Assembly (NCBI GenBank): GCA_034520965.1
Contig: JAXHMY010000009.1
Span: 96,001 to 160,000, forward strand
DNA: 64,000 nucleotides
Direction: 5' to 3'
Source of the DNA: Spirochaetia bacterium
GTDB taxonomy: Bacteria; Spirochaetota; Spirochaetia; DSM-16054; Sediminispirochaetaceae
This document shows positions 30,405-42,559 of the stretch, in pieces (the first letter of the stretch is position 1; each line of letters begins with the position of its first letter). Position numbers and translations under genes: made by a program. The notes beneath the pieces are model-generated. The model searched no databases and was not told where the DNA came from. It worked only from the letters and a program-made list of their open reading frames with translations.

Positions 30405-31102
30405 CAGACATACTCCTCGGCAGGGATATCCGCGATTATCCGCCCGTCCATCAGCCGGACCTCCCGTTTTGCCTCACGGGCCAGCTCGGTATCGTGGGTT
30501 ACCATTAAGAGGGTTACCCCCTCATCATGGAGTTCGTGGAACAGCTGCATTATATCCGTACCGGTCTTCGAATCGAGGGCTCCGGTCGGCTCATCGGCCA
30601 GCAGATAATCTTCGGCTCGCTCGCCAAGGCCCTTGCAATGGCAACCCGCTGACGCTGGCCGCCGGAGAGTCGATTTGGTACACGCCCCTCCCTGTCGCTC
30701 AGGCCGACTCGTGCCATCATGCTGCGGGCCCGCTCCTTCCGCTCTTTCGGCTTGAGCCCGGCATATATGAGGGGGAGTTCGACATTCTCCAATGCCGTCT
30801 CGCGTCCAAGCAGATTGAAGGACTGAAATACAAAGCCGATATACTTGTTCCGCACATGGGCCAGCTCATTGCCTTTCATCTTGGATACATCGGTGCCCGA
30901 AAGACGGTAGCCTCCTTCGGTGGGATTGTCGAGACAGCCGATAATGTCCATCAGGGTGGACTTGCCCGATCCGCTCGGCCCGACTATGGCCACGAACTCA
31001 CCCTCGGCGACAGTAAGGCTCAGCTCGTCGTATCGCCTTTACGATAGTCGGTCCCATGACATAGTGGCGCCTCAAGTTTTCCATTTCGATTATCGCCGCC
31101 AT
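30404..31102 (-). pseudogene. MacB/LolD-type ABC ATPase, frameshifts near 31030 and 30600
   Basis: [47 protein letters not shown] across frames. Confidence 0.85.
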
Positions 31103-31103
31103 T

Positions 31104-32313
31104 TTATCGCCCCCCGCCGCTGCCCGGCGTATTCATAGGTAGAATCGATGATCCCGACGAGGAGCTCTCGCCAGCCCCAAGGGTGAATGCGGTCCCCTCC
31201 GGCACTACCACCTGAGCCCCTTCTTCGAGACCCTCGGTAATGACAATATTCCTGCCGTCGGAAGCCCCCGCAAGGACCCGCCTGGTTACCGTCTCTCCGT
31301 CTTCATAGACTTCGAGATAGTCATCTTCCGCGCACCGAAGAGACCGCGGAGGCGGGGACGATCAGCCCTGTATCGTTGCTTACGAGTACGGAAAGATCGG
31401 CGCTCATCCCGGGACGCAATCTCTCTCCGTTCCCTTTCGAATGGATGAGGGCCGAAACGGTAAAAATTGATATGTTGTTCACGATTTCCGCAGAGGGGCT
31501 CACCTTGTCTACTCGCGAGTCAATTGACTCGGCTCCGAGCATATCGGCGCTGATTCTCACCGGCATTCCCGCCTCGATCTTCGCGATATCGAACTCATCA
31601 ACTTCCGCGAGGACCCGCAGACGTGTGAGATCGGCAAAGGTAAGAAGTGGGGCACCGCTGTTTACCTGTTCTCCTTCAAAGGCCTGCGAATTCAGTACCA
31701 CACCTCTGAAGGAGGCCCGAATTACCGTCCCATCAATCTTCTCGTTCGCCCTCTCGAGAAGCAGGAGATTCTGATCGACCTTGATGCCGGCGGCTCTGCG
31801 GTCCAGTTCGGCATGGGCCGCCGCCTCGCGTGCTTTCTCGAGCTGAGCCCGGGTAATCGAACCGGCTGAGAAGAGTCCTTCCTGCTCCGCCACCTGCTCT
31901 TCTGCACTGTGTAAGACGAGTTCGCTTCTTCGGAAATCGAGCCGGGCCTGTTCGAGGTCGAGTTCTGCCTTTTGAATATCTTTTTTCAAATCTGCATCGT
32001 CGAAGCGCACAAGGACTTCCCCCTGCGCTAGGTGTTCTCCCTCTTCGGCAGCGTGCAGGATAGTCCCGGAGATCTTACTCCTGATTTCCCTGGATACATA
32101 CGGCTCCACAACCGCCGGACCATCCACTTGGACTGTTATAGTTCCGGGTTCTGCCTGAACGGTGCTTGTGCCCTTCTCTCCGGGAGGATTCTCTCCGTTT
32201 TCCGAAGCTGATTCGCCGCTTATGAGGGAAACATTTCCCCGGGACAATGCTATTCCAGTCCCGCCTATCAATACGATTGCAGTGAGCAGAAGGTAAATTT
32301 TTTTTCTTTTCAT
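31104..32313 (-). pseudogene. MacA-like periplasmic adaptor, frameshift near 31321
   Basis: Lipoyl/hairpin pattern, VDEFDIAKI..GM, LRPGMSA; homology continues past the TGA at 31321. Confidence 0.8.
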
Positions 32314-33713
32314 TGTATCTTCCTCATGTAGTCAGAGCTCTCCATGCCTGATACCAGATTCCGGAGAAGGTACGCGGCCTCGGCGGAACGCAGCAACGAT
32401 TCTTGTCTCCCGGCCTCCGCCGACATGAGCCTGAAACGGGCCCGTTCGAGCCCTGCCGCGGCCGAAAGTTCCTCAGCAGCTGTCGCCCTTTGTTCTTCTC
32501 GCAGAGACAGAACGGTTTCGAGTCTCTCCCTTGCTCTTTCTATCGATTTCTGTGCCTGCGTAAGCTCCTCGTTGCTCAATAGATACCGTTGATACAGGGA
32601 CCTGAGCTGTAGTTCGAGAGAAGATTTGCGCTCTTCGATCTCAAGCTTGTGGGCAGCTATGCTGTTCTCGAGTATGTGTTTTTCGTTTTGATCGGATTTT
32701 CCGATCTCCAGCGGCAGACGTACCGAAAGGCCGAGTTCCCAGGTTTCAGTACTATTCGAGGTCCTGCTTGTCTTCTCCAAGTCCGGCCCGTAGCTGTACA
32801 GCGGGAGACCGTAGGAAAGCCCCAGAGAAGCGCGCTCTACATCGTAGGCTAAAGAGGCACTCTGCTGCCGGCCGGAAAACGAGAGCTCAATGGTCGGATA
32901 GGAGAGGAGGCTACCCTGCGCCTCTATCTCACGGCGCTCCGCTGCAATAGCGTTCTGCAGGGCCGAGATTTCGGGGCTATGGGCCGCCGCAGAGGCGAGC
33001 AGTTCTTCAAGAGCCGGAAGTGCGAGAATGTCCATCTTCAGCGGCTCCAACTCTCTCTCCTCCACCGGCTGTAACCCTGATGCATGTGCGAGCTCTATCC
33101 ATGTAATTTTTTTCTTCAATTTCCCCTCTAAAAGAGCTGTTTCGGCCTCCTCCAGCTCATCTTCTGCGCTTTGCAGGCTTAAAAGAGAAACATCGCCGGC
33201 ATCGAAGAGCCGGGTCTGAGTTCCCAGTCGTTCTTCGGCGGCCCTCTTCTCGGCCTCGAGAACCGTCATCTCTTCCCCGGCGAGCCAGGCTTCTTTATAG
33301 AGGAAGAAGAGTTCGAGGAAGGCTGCATCGATGCGGTACATGAGATTATCCCGCTCGAGGTCGAAATTCTCTTGGAGTGATATTTTCTGCAGTTTTTGAC
33401 TCTTCAGGAGTCCGACGGGGATTTGGGCGGCGATGCGAGCCTCGAATTCTACCTGTTCGGCAAACGCTTCGGCAAATGCGCCGTTTTCTTCACTCCGTGC
33501 CGTTGCAGAAGGGACCAGGGAAAGAGAGGAATTACCGGGATAACGAGCACTTTCGAGCTGCAGTCCCGCCGCATGCAGGCTGAGTTCGGCCTTCCGCACC
33601 GCCGGAGAGTTGTCGAGGTTTTCGACGAGCTCTTCGAAGGATAAGCCGAACAGCGATTGAGTCGTAATAATGATCAGGATGCATACCATCCATGCCGATT
33701 TAAGGTACTTCAT
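32310..33713 (-). CDS. TolC family outer membrane protein
   Basis: Signal peptide, repeated helical OEP pattern; first gene of the macAB-like operon. Confidence 0.75.
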   Translation of the reverse strand: MKYLKSAWMVCILIIITTQSLFGLSFEELVENLDNSPAVRKAELSLHAAGLQLESARYPGNSSLSLVPSATARSEENGAFAEAFAEQVEFEARIAAQIPVGLLKSQKLQKISLQENFDLERDNLMYRIDAAFLELFFLYKEAWLAGEEMTVLEAEKRAAEERLGTQTRLFDAGDVSLLSLQSAEDELEEAETALLEGKLKKKITWIELAHASGLQPVEERELEPLKMDILALPALEELLASAAAHSPEISALQNAIAAERREIEAQGSLLSYPTIELSFSGRQQSASLAYDVERASLGLSYGLPLYSYGPDLEKTSRTSNSTETWELGLSVRLPLEIGKSDQNEKHILENSIAAHKLEIEERKSSLELQLRSLYQRYLLSNEELTQAQKSIERARERLETVLSLREEQRATAAEELSAAAGLERARFRLMSAEAGRQESLLRSAEAAYLLRNLVSGMESSDYMRKIQ

Positions 33714-33861
33714 TGCTCACCTCTTGTCTGCAAACTAGTGTAAAAATGTGAATAAAGTATGAAGGAAATATGTTGTTTTTAGATACCAGCCTTAATTGCG
33801 TTTTACTCTGATCTTTGGTAGCATATTCGCAGGTACTAAAATACTTTCAGAGCGAACCGGA

Positions 33862-34174
33862 ATGGCGAAAACAACACGAACGAAAGAACAGGCACGTATC
33901 CTCAAGGGGGGACCGATGTGCGTCAACGCCCTTGCCTGCCGGCTCGGGATCAGCCAGGGGGCGGTCTCGCAGCTTCTGCGGGGCCCTCTACGGGATGAAA
34001 AAGACCGATCGTAGGAAGCGGGCAGGTGAGCTGCTCGAGCGCTTCGGCCTTGCCGAGGCGGCGGACAGGAAGTTCTCCGGCTATTCGAAGGGGATGAAGC
34101 GCAAGCTCACCATCGCCGGCGGCCTGCTCGTCCACTATTTCATCATGTGTACGAGATATAGAAATTCTGCATAA
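33862..34174 (+). pseudogene. Fused remnants of an ArsR regulator and an ABC ATPase
   Basis: GPMCVNALACRLGISQGAVSQ, then ELLERFGLAEAADRKFSGYSKGMKRKLTIA. Confidence 0.65.
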
Positions 34175-34246
34175 ATGAGAATCGCTGTGCCCCTAAAGCG
34201 GTATTTGAAAAATCTAACATAATAGACTATACTGCCACTATAAAAT

Positions 34247-36330
34247 ATGAAAAATAAACACACTCACATTCATATTCCTTTAAGATCCTCGATTCCCTTG
34301 ATTGTGGGGTATGCAAAAGCCCGGATTGTAGAGCAGATACGTTCAGTTTCGTTTATTCTCTTGTATCTCATAGTATTTCAAAGGTTTGTGCTGGGAATAC
34401 CAATTACCGACGGGTTGTGGATTGCAATTGGTATTGGGATGGTCGTTTTAGGGCTCACTCTTTTCCTGGAGGGAATCAAACTGGGCATCATGCCGCTCGG
34501 CTGAGAAGGTTGGGGTTGCCCTTCCTGAAAAGTGTAAGAGCTTTCTCGTAATAATGCTGTTCGGCTTCCTCGTCGGTTTCGGAGCGACCATAGCCGAGCC
34601 CGCTGTTGCTGCCCTCCAGAAACTCGGCAGTTCCGTTCCTGCATGGAAATCGCCTCTCCTCTACCTCCTGCTCGAACAGCACACGGATATTCTCGTCCTT
34701 TCCATCGGTATAGGTGTAGGTGTGGCGGTGATATTTGGGCTTATACGATTCACCTTCGGTTTTTCAATAAAGCCGCTCATTTTTACGATTATACCCATAG
34801 TCCTGGGAACAACCATCTTGGCTCATACTCACGATAAGCTCCGCAGTATTATAGGCCTGGCATGGGATTCGGGGGCGGTTACTACGGGTGCGGTCACGGT
34901 GCCTCTGGTGCTTGCCATCGGTATTGGGGTTTCGAGAGCCTCGGGAAAAAACGAAGGGGCCCGGGGCAGCTTCGGTATTATCATGCTTGCCTCGGCTTTT
35001 CCCATTTTAAGCGTACTTATACTGGGATTCACTCATGAGTCCTGCCGCTCCGGCGCCGGTCTCGGAGGCGGATTTTTTTGCACTGGAAAGACGGACGGAG
35101 ACGTTGGATCTGTTCGAAAGCGAGGAACAGCTGCGGCAGTATGTATTCAGGCAGGCGGGCGAGGAAGGACGACGGGCATATTTCGAAGGCAGGGATGAAT
35201 ACCACGAAGCCCTTAGGGCGCTTGCAGCGGACCGGCAGTTTCGCAGAAACACCCTCGGGAGTATGACCCTTTCTACGTGGATAGATGAACATGCCTCGGA
35301 ATATGAGCGCAGATACGTTACCGAAAATTATCGCATAAAAAGGGTCGAGTCAGAGGAGAGCGTTGAGATCAAAGGGATTCTCTTAAGTGGAACCCGAAAT
35401 GCCGCTCAGGCCGTTGTCCCTCTGGTACTGCTGCTCGTAGTAGTGCTTGTGCTGTTTTTGCGTGAGTCTCCGCGCTACCGCGACGAGGTTATACTGGGGG
35501 TTCTCCTGGCAATTTTGGGAATGTCGCTGCTCGGTTCGGGGATATCCCTCGGGCTCACCCCTCTGGGCAGGGAGGTCGGGAAGGGCTTGCCCCGCTCTTT
35601 TCAAACGGAAGACGAAGTAACCAATCGCCTCGTAATAGAAAACTTCGACACGAGTTTGCTGTTTAAAAGTGTCGATGTTGATGGAAATATTAACCGCTAT
35701 TTTTACCTCGAAGAGGGAGACCGGCTTGAGAAAGTGAGCTTTGTTCCGGAACGCTACGATGAAGCACACAACATCTATGAGCATGTAATGACCCGCGGCC
35801 CTATGTTCGAGACGAATTTGACTATCCTGGGTATCGTCCTGGTATTTCTGTTTGCATTCGGTATGGGCTATGGATCATCTCTTGCCGAGCCGGCCCTCCA
35901 CGCTCTTGGGCGAACCGTCGAGGGTATGACCGTGGGAATGGTAAAGGAGAAACACCTAGTACGAATAATTGCCTTGGGAGTGGGGATCGGTATTATGGTC
36001 GGGATCATACGCATCATGTTCACCATTCCCTCGGTCTCGCCTCCTATACCTCCCTATCTCCTGCTGTTCCCGCTTTCGATCATGGGAGATGAGGATTTTG
36101 TGGGAATAGCCTGGGACAGCGGGGGAGTTACCACTGGACCGGTAACCGTACCCCTGGTCATGGCAATGGGACTGGGAATCGGCGGCGAGATAGGCGTGTA
36201 TGACAGTTTCGGCATATTGGCTCTGGGTTCGGTGTATCCTATTCTTACTGTGCTAGTGTACAGTTTTATAATTCGGATACGCCAACGGCGTTATATCCCT
36301 GCGCAGAAGACAGAGGGCCCCGATGAGTGA
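34247..36330 (+). pseudogene. DUF1538 membrane protein (two fused domains), frameshifts near 34500 and 35030
   Basis: Repeated GxxPLG, AEPA and AWDSGxVTTGxVTVP motifs. Confidence 0.85.
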
Positions 36331-37454
36331 GAAACCATTTACCCGGCGAAAAGTGAGCAGTATTACCTGTATTGTCCATCGCAGCCTGCGGAAGAAGATT
36401 GGCGAGCATATACAGAGAATTGGGATTCCCTCGGCATATGTAGAGCTGGGTAAGAACGTGCGGCAGCTTATCCGTTCCCGTCCCTTCGGTTTGCCGGGTG
36501 CTAGCACTCAACTTCACGAGTCGCCCTCTGAAATATTTCGTTTTACCGTGTCGCAGCAAGAGTCAAGGGATATCATCTATTCTCTTATAAACGCCGGAGA
36601 ACTGCATATACACGGTCGCGGGATGATCTTCTCTCAGGAAGTGGATGAGTATAGCCGTTATGAGGTCCCTGAGCTGCTGCCCGCGGAAAAAACGGAGACC
36701 CGGCATCCCCTTCTTCCCGATCTCTCGCTTATCACCTGTATTCTTTCCAGGCCCGGCAGTAGTGAAGAACTTTCTGGAATTGCCCTTGATCTCGGGACAT
36801 GTGTTCCTATTGTTCACAACGGGAGGGGGACCGGTATGCGGGACAACCTGGGGCTGGTGAGGATTGCGATTCCGCCCGAGAAGGAGATTGTACAACTGGT
36901 TGTGCCCGAGTACGATGACGACAGCATTATTCGGCTTCTTATCGAAGAAGGACGCCTCAACTATCCCGGGCGGGGATTCCTCTACAGTACCCCTATAAAG
37001 GCCGGTCTTGTGGACACCAAGCTGCGCATAGGACGCCAGAAGCATGCGGCGAGTATCGAGCAGATAATATCGGCAATAGACGAGCTGAAGGCGAGCACTT
37101 CGTGGCGTCAGCGTTTTACCGGTTTCGAGGGGAATCTTTCAGCCTCCGCACCCCGGCTCCGACAGGGATACAGAGAGATCGTAGTAATGTGCAGAGAGGG
37201 GAAGAGTGACGTACCTTGTCGATGCAGCGATGGATGTCGGAGCCCCCGGTGCCACCATATCCCGGGTGGCCCGTATGAATCTGCAGAAACAGGAGGGGCA
37301 TTCTGCGGCAAGCGAGCGGGCGGTACTCTGCGTGCCGAAGGATATTTCCGATCAGGTTATGGATGCACTGCTCAATCGGGCAATGAGCGGAAAAGATGAA
37401 GTAGATAGTATTCGCATACACGATACCTCCCACGTATTTACATATACAGCGTAA
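36323..37454 (+). pseudogene. Protein with three P-II-like domains, frameshift near 37205
   Basis: ITCIV...GRGMIF; ITCIL...GRGTG...PPEKEIV...GRGFLY; IVVMC...AMDVGAPGATI. Confidence 0.65.
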
Positions 37455-37521
37455 CAGAGAAACTACACGGAGAGCTTTTTCTCACCTTTGTTCACAGAAA
37501 ATCGATCGGCAGTCTGTTGAC

Positions 37522-38211
37522 TTAGAAGCCTTTTTTTTGTCCTTCCCAGGGGGGAGCGGTACTGTTCTTAAATTCTTCCACGCTGGGACCGCCCAGTTTT
37601 CCCAGCCGGATGATTCCATATGTATAGGTAATGATAAGCAAAGTGAGAATGCCCGGCCATCCGAGGAGAAAGTTAAAAAATACCAGCCGCCCCATATTCC
37701 CCTGCTGAAAATATATAATCTGTCCGGTGAGTCTGAGGGAGAAATACAGCACCCATAGCCAGGTAGTCTCCGTATACGCAGGCCTTACTTTCGGGTGCCT
37801 GTACCATTCCAGGGGCCATCCCCGTGATATAAAACTCATCCATGCTACCAGCGGCCGTTTGGCGGCTATACTCAGCAGGGCCAGTATGATCGTCACCGCT
37901 CCTGTCAGCATCGAGGGTAAGAAAATTCCCTCCTCTCTCTTTAACAGGAATACAAGTCCGAAGGCTATTAGGGTGACAAGCAGGCCCTCAAGAGACCTTT
38001 TTGCCGATTCTTTTCTGATCCATCGGTAGATAATAAAACCCGTTGTCATGAATATTGACACAAGCAGAGCGATATAAAAACCGGCGCTCAGATTCATTAA
38101 AAGAAAGACCAGGGGAGGCAGGACAAGATCCGTCATACCCGGGCGGCTGAACACAATCTTTTTTAACTCATCGTATATATCTTTCAACAATCTCATGGCA
38201 GAATTGAACAC
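37522..38211 (-). CDS. DUF3159-like membrane protein
   Basis: LPPLVF, SIAAKRPL, W.....R.AY...TWLW, LGWP. Confidence 0.7.
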   Translation of the reverse strand: MFNSAMRLLKDIYDELKKIVFSRPGMTDLVLPPLVFLLMNLSAGFYIALLVSIFMTTGFIIYRWIRKESAKRSLEGLLVTLIAFGLVFLLKREEGIFLPSMLTGAVTIILALLSIAAKRPLVAWMSFISRGWPLEWYRHPKVRPAYTETTWLWVLYFSLRLTGQIIYFQQGNMGRLVFFNFLLGWPGILTLLIITYTYGIIRLGKLGGPSVEEFKNSTAPPWEGQKKGF

Positions 38212-38213
38212 CC

Positions 38214-39002
38214 CTATCGACGCGGCGGAAGGGGAAACAGGATGCTGGTCGATTCCCTGTAGGAGCGATATTCCGGATTATCACCATATTTTTTGTAGGC
38301 GCTTTTTTCGAGAAGCGGTATTCCGCTGACAAAAAGAAGTAAGAGAGTGATAAAAAGGGGCCCGATAAGAGTCAACCAGTCAAACCCCCTGAGGGAGGGT
38401 ATGACAACAATGAATAGGCCCCACCACACAAGCATTTCTCCAAAATAATTCGGGTGTCGCGAGTATTTCCATAAGCCGGAATCCACCCAGTGAGCAGCGT
38501 TTTCAGGTTTGCTTTTATAGCGGAACTTTTGTATATCGCTTATGGATTCAATTAACAGGCCCAGTGAAAAAAGTACTATCCCGATTAATGTAAAAAAGAG
38601 GGACCCTTCATCAGATGGCGAAGTGATATACAGGGAGAAAGGAAGCATTACGAGCCATACCGTCGTTGCCTGGAGCACCCAGAATTTGAGAAAATTTATA
38701 AAATCACCTCTTTTATCATCAAAACGATCGTCCTTGCCGATTTTTATTATCCTGTAAAGCAGGTAGGATCCCAGCCGGGCACTCCACAACAGTATAGCCG
38801 CGGAGACAAGCAGCTTATGATAAGAGAACGCCCCCCCGGATGTAAGCAAGAGGAGCAGGGTCAGCAGAAAGAAACTGAGACTATAAGAGATATCGGTAAC
38901 TTTATCAGTCTTGAACGCAGCGGCAAACATAAAAAAGAAGGTATTGATGGCAAAGCTAATAATCAAAGAAAATAGTATCGGATGGGACTGGACAAACTCC
39001 AT
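38214..39002 (-). CDS. DUF1295 / steroid 5-alpha reductase-like membrane protein
   Basis: WSARLGSYL, DDRF, ESISDIQK, GLWKYSRHPNYFGE, SGIPLLE. Confidence 0.9.
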   Translation of the reverse strand: MEFVQSHPILFSLIISFAINTFFFMFAAAFKTDKVTDISYSLSFFLLTLLLLLTSGGAFSYHKLLVSAAILLWSARLGSYLLYRIIKIGKDDRFDDKRGDFINFLKFWVLQATTVWLVMLPFSLYITSPSDEGSLFFTLIGIVLFSLGLLIESISDIQKFRYKSKPENAAHWVDSGLWKYSRHPNYFGEMLVWWGLFIVVIPSLRGFDWLTLIGPLFITLLLLFVSGIPLLEKSAYKKYGDNPEYRSYRESTSILFPLPPRR

Positions 39003-39158
39003 TGTGAGCCTCCCTGATTGGCATAATGGGAGCCTATGATCACACCATAGCATATAGCAATAAACAAAACTCATGCGGCAAGTCTTCATTTATTTTTGCT
39101 ATATCCGGCAAATTTAACTATATTTATTCCATTGAGCGAATCAACAGGGAGTTGTAGA

Positions 39159-39704
39159 ATGAAAAAACACTTTTTGTTCACCTTATTGCTTTTATCTGTA
39201 TACGGACATGCTGAAGCCGGAGGGGAAGCGGAAGCCTTCCATGAAACTGTTTCTTATGTGGATCTTGAACGGTTTACTGGAGACTGGTATGTCATAGCTG
39301 TTATCCCGACTCCCTTTGAGAAGGATGCGGTAAACGGTGTTGAAAACTACAGCCTAAACAAAGACGGTACAATACAAGTAAGATATACCTTCAGAAAAGG
39401 CTCTCCCGAGGGTAAGAAAAAAGTGATGTACCAGAAGGGGTGGATATACAACTCCGAGACAAATGCAGACTGGCGGGTCCGGCCAATCTGGCCCCTCAAA
39501 CTCCCGTATTATATTTTGGAACTTGACGAAGACTACAGCTATACGGTGATAGGCACAAATAACTATAAGTACCTCTGGATAATGGCGCGAAAACCGGTAA
39601 TGGAAAAGACAGTATATGAGGAAATTGTAAAACGAATGGAACAGCGGGGATACGATACTGATAAAATACAGATAATGAAACAAGATTACGAGGGACTGAA
39701 ATGA
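39159..39704 (+). CDS. Lipocalin (Blc-like)
   Basis: VDLERFTGDWYVIA, YYILELDEDYSY, YLWIMAR.P. Confidence 0.9.
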   Translation: MKKHFLFTLLLLSVYGHAEAGGEAEAFHETVSYVDLERFTGDWYVIAVIPTPFEKDAVNGVENYSLNKDGTIQVRYTFRKGSPEGKKKVMYQKGWIYNSETNADWRVRPIWPLKLPYYILELDEDYSYTVIGTNNYKYLWIMARKPVMEKTVYEEIVKRMEQRGYDTDKIQIMKQDYEGLK

Positions 39705-41515
39705 CAGTAGATACTATTACAGGCTTCCACCTTTATCATGGCTTTCTTTCAGGATCTTTTAATATTGCCAAACACCGGGAACATCTGAACAAAATCAATG
39801 TGTTTCCGGTTCCCGACGGTGATACCGGAAACAACATGGTCCAAACCTTCAGATCAATAGTAAAGGGCCTTAAATCTAACCGGTCAGCGGGAAAAATCCT
39901 CGAAGATATTGCCGACAGTTCGCTTGAGCATGCGCGAGGCAATTCCGGTATTATTATTTCCGGCAATACCTTAACAGTCTCTACAAAAACGCCGGTCACA
40001 GAGATTCCTATTCGATTAAAGATTTCGGTACCGCGGTAAAAAAGTACTGCCCTTAGCAAGGCATACCAGGCGATGGAAAACCCTGTTGAGGGAACAATTC
40101 TTACAGTGATAAATGAATGGGCTGAGGTCGTCCACAGCGAGAGCCATAAAGGTAGTGCTTTCGAAAAAATACTATCCAGGGCTTTTGCGGCGGCAAAAAA
40201 GGCTCTTCTAAAAACCCCTGAACAACTGAAAGTACTCAAGGAGAACAATGTAGTCGATGCGGGGGCAAGGGGATTCGTGGATTTCCTTGAAGGCATTGAA
40301 CTTATGAATAAAAACGGCCCGGTTACATCTTCAATTCGAAAGGAATTTATAGTGCCGCCAACTGAAACAGAGGATTATGAAAAGGGAGATCTGCATTCCG
40401 GCCCCGCGATGCTTGATTTCAGATACTGTACCGAAGTACTCCTTGAAAACGTGACGGATTCCCCCGGCAATATACGGAACGACCTGAAGGCAGTAGGGAA
40501 TTCCCTGATTGTGAGTAAGGGAATACACAGAACTCGTATACATATCCATTCAAATAGTCCCGCGGAAGTGGTGAGAAGAGCCGGAGAGTATGGCCGTATC
40601 ACTCAGCAGAAGGCTGATGATATGCTTAGGCAGGAACAGGTCCTTAGTAATCGACTGGGAGATGTGGCAGTTCTCACTGATTCGATAGCGGATATACCCC
40701 AGGAAATTCTTGATACATATCAAATCCATGTTATAAACCTCCAACTGATCTGGGATAATCAGGAATTCCTGGACCGCTTAACTATCTCGCCGGAGGCATT
40801 CTACCGGGAACAGGCTGTCAGAACTTCATTTCCCAGCAGTTCTACTCCTACAAGAGCCAGGGTAGATGCTATGTATCAATATCTGTTAGAGCACTACTCG
40901 GGCATCATTGTCCTTCCGGTAGCGAAAGCCCTGAGCGGTACATGGCAGCAGATGGTGCTTGCCTCCGAATCCTACAACAAAGACGAGCAAAGAATTATAA
41001 CTGTTGATACTCGCCTCAATTCCGCGGCTCAGGGACTCCTGGTTATAGAGATCGCAAAGGCCGCAGCCGAGGGAATGAATCTGGAGGAATTATCTGCTCT
41101 GGCGGAAAACCTGAAAAAGCGCATAAAAATTTTTGTCAGCGTACAGACTTTCAAGTATATGGTGAAAGGGGGCCGTGTGAGTCCCCTCAAGGGGTTCATA
41201 GCCTCCGCTCTGAATATAAAACCGATAGTATCTCTCGATGCTGCGGGAAAGGGAATTGCCTTTGAAAAATCCTTTTCCCAAAAGGGGCTTCTAAAGAAAA
41301 TGGCGGGCATCATTGAAGATATTGAAAAGAGAAAAGGAATCCAGAAGTATTGTGTTGTTCATGCACTTGCAGAAGATAAGGCCAAAGTATTCGCCTCAAT
41401 AGTCGAAAATAGTACAGGCAAAACTCCTGCATATATAAGCTCCATTTCGCCAATCGTAGGCATGCATTCTGGAAAAGGGGCTGTCGCGATTGGACTTATA
41501 GAAAAAGAAGGGTAG
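39701..41515 (+). pseudogene. DAK2 + DegV fusion (fatty acid kinase FakA/FakB-like), frameshifted near 39965-40045
   Basis: LNKINVFPVPDGDTGNNM, ARGNSG, PVEGTILTV, VVDAGARG, YCTE, TDSIADIP, KGGRVS, VGMHSG. Confidence 0.85.
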
Positions 41516-41524
41516 CGAAATAAT

Positions 41525-41645
41525 CGCGGAGAAAAAAAATCCGCGGACATTCCCAAAACGGGGCGGCGGCTTGCCCGCCGCCCCGTTGTCCAAAAGTGCG
41601 GAGCAATTTTGGACAACACTGGATAAGCGTAATGCAGTATCCGGG
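41525..41645. repeat. Cluster of four hairpins (REP-like or terminator-like)
   Basis: 13-bp stem 41557-41587, 11-bp stem 41585-41617, two shorter stems. Confidence 0.6.
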
Positions 41646-41713
41646 CTTTACACCACGGCTATCAATATGTTTTGTCCTCGCATTTTCTCCAATTTAATTT
41701 TATAATGATAACT

Positions 41714-42481
41714 ATGGTTATATGGTCGTTTATTAATTTTCTTGCTTGTATTGGGGTTATTGTTGTCAACGGATTGGCAAATGCTCTTCCGCTTAATGGA
41801 ATAGGTACTGGGGAACTATCTGATCTCTATCCTAATCTTTTCGTACCGGCGGGGGTAACCTTTTCAATCTGGGGGATTATTTACATTCTGCTGATAGGGT
41901 TTTGTATCTATAGTATTAGAGCCTCCCTCAGTTCGAAAACAGACGCTTCTTTCCTCAAATACGTTGGACCTTGGTTTTTCCTCTCCTGTGTTGCGAATGT
42001 GTTGTGGATTTTTGCATGGCACTGGCAGAAAGTGGGACTCTCACTTGTGGTGATGCTCTTCCTCCTTTTTTCACTAATTATCATCTATCTGAACCTGAAT
42101 AAAAGGACTGAAGCTTCTCTTGCTGAATTGATCTTCACCCGGCTGCCTTTTAGTATCTACCTCGGCTGGATTACGGTGGCGCTTATTGCAAATGTTACAG
42201 CCCTGCTGGTCAAAACAGGTTGGGGAGGCTTTGGCTTATCTGAAACATTCTGGACAGTTACCGTTATTATTGTAGCGGTCATTATAACCTTACTGGTGAT
42301 CCATACACGGAAGGATGTCGGATACAGTCTGGTTGTAATATGGGCTCTGCTCGGAATAGTGCTAAAGCGAAGTGCCCTTGGAGACGCCCCCGCTGTAACA
42401 GCCGCAGCTGTCGGCGGAATTGTTGTTATTGCACTATTTCTGATACTGGTAAGCGTACGGAAATCGGTCAAGAGAATATAG
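41714..42481 (+). CDS. Tryptophan-rich sensory (TspO-like) membrane protein
   Basis: NGLANALPLNG..TGELSD.YPNLFVPAG.TFSIWG.IY, PFSIYLGWITVA. Confidence 0.75.
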   Translation: MVIWSFINFLACIGVIVVNGLANALPLNGIGTGELSDLYPNLFVPAGVTFSIWGIIYILLIGFCIYSIRASLSSKTDASFLKYVGPWFFLSCVANVLWIFAWHWQKVGLSLVVMLFLLFSLIIIYLNLNKRTEASLAELIFTRLPFSIYLGWITVALIANVTALLVKTGWGGFGLSETFWTVTVIIVAVIITLLVIHTRKDVGYSLVVIWALLGIVLKRSALGDAPAVTAAAVGGIVVIALFLILVSVRKSVKRI

Positions 42482-42559
42482 ACAGCTACACCCAATTGAA
42501 GTTCGAAATTGCGGCGGCACGCAAGGCATAGAACCTGATTTTTGTGGTATAATCCCCAC

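Noticed and set aside
31321..34504. Selenocysteine or read-through at premature TGA codons (31321, 34502)
   Set aside because: Homology resumes in a different frame, so these are frameshifts rather than in-frame recoding
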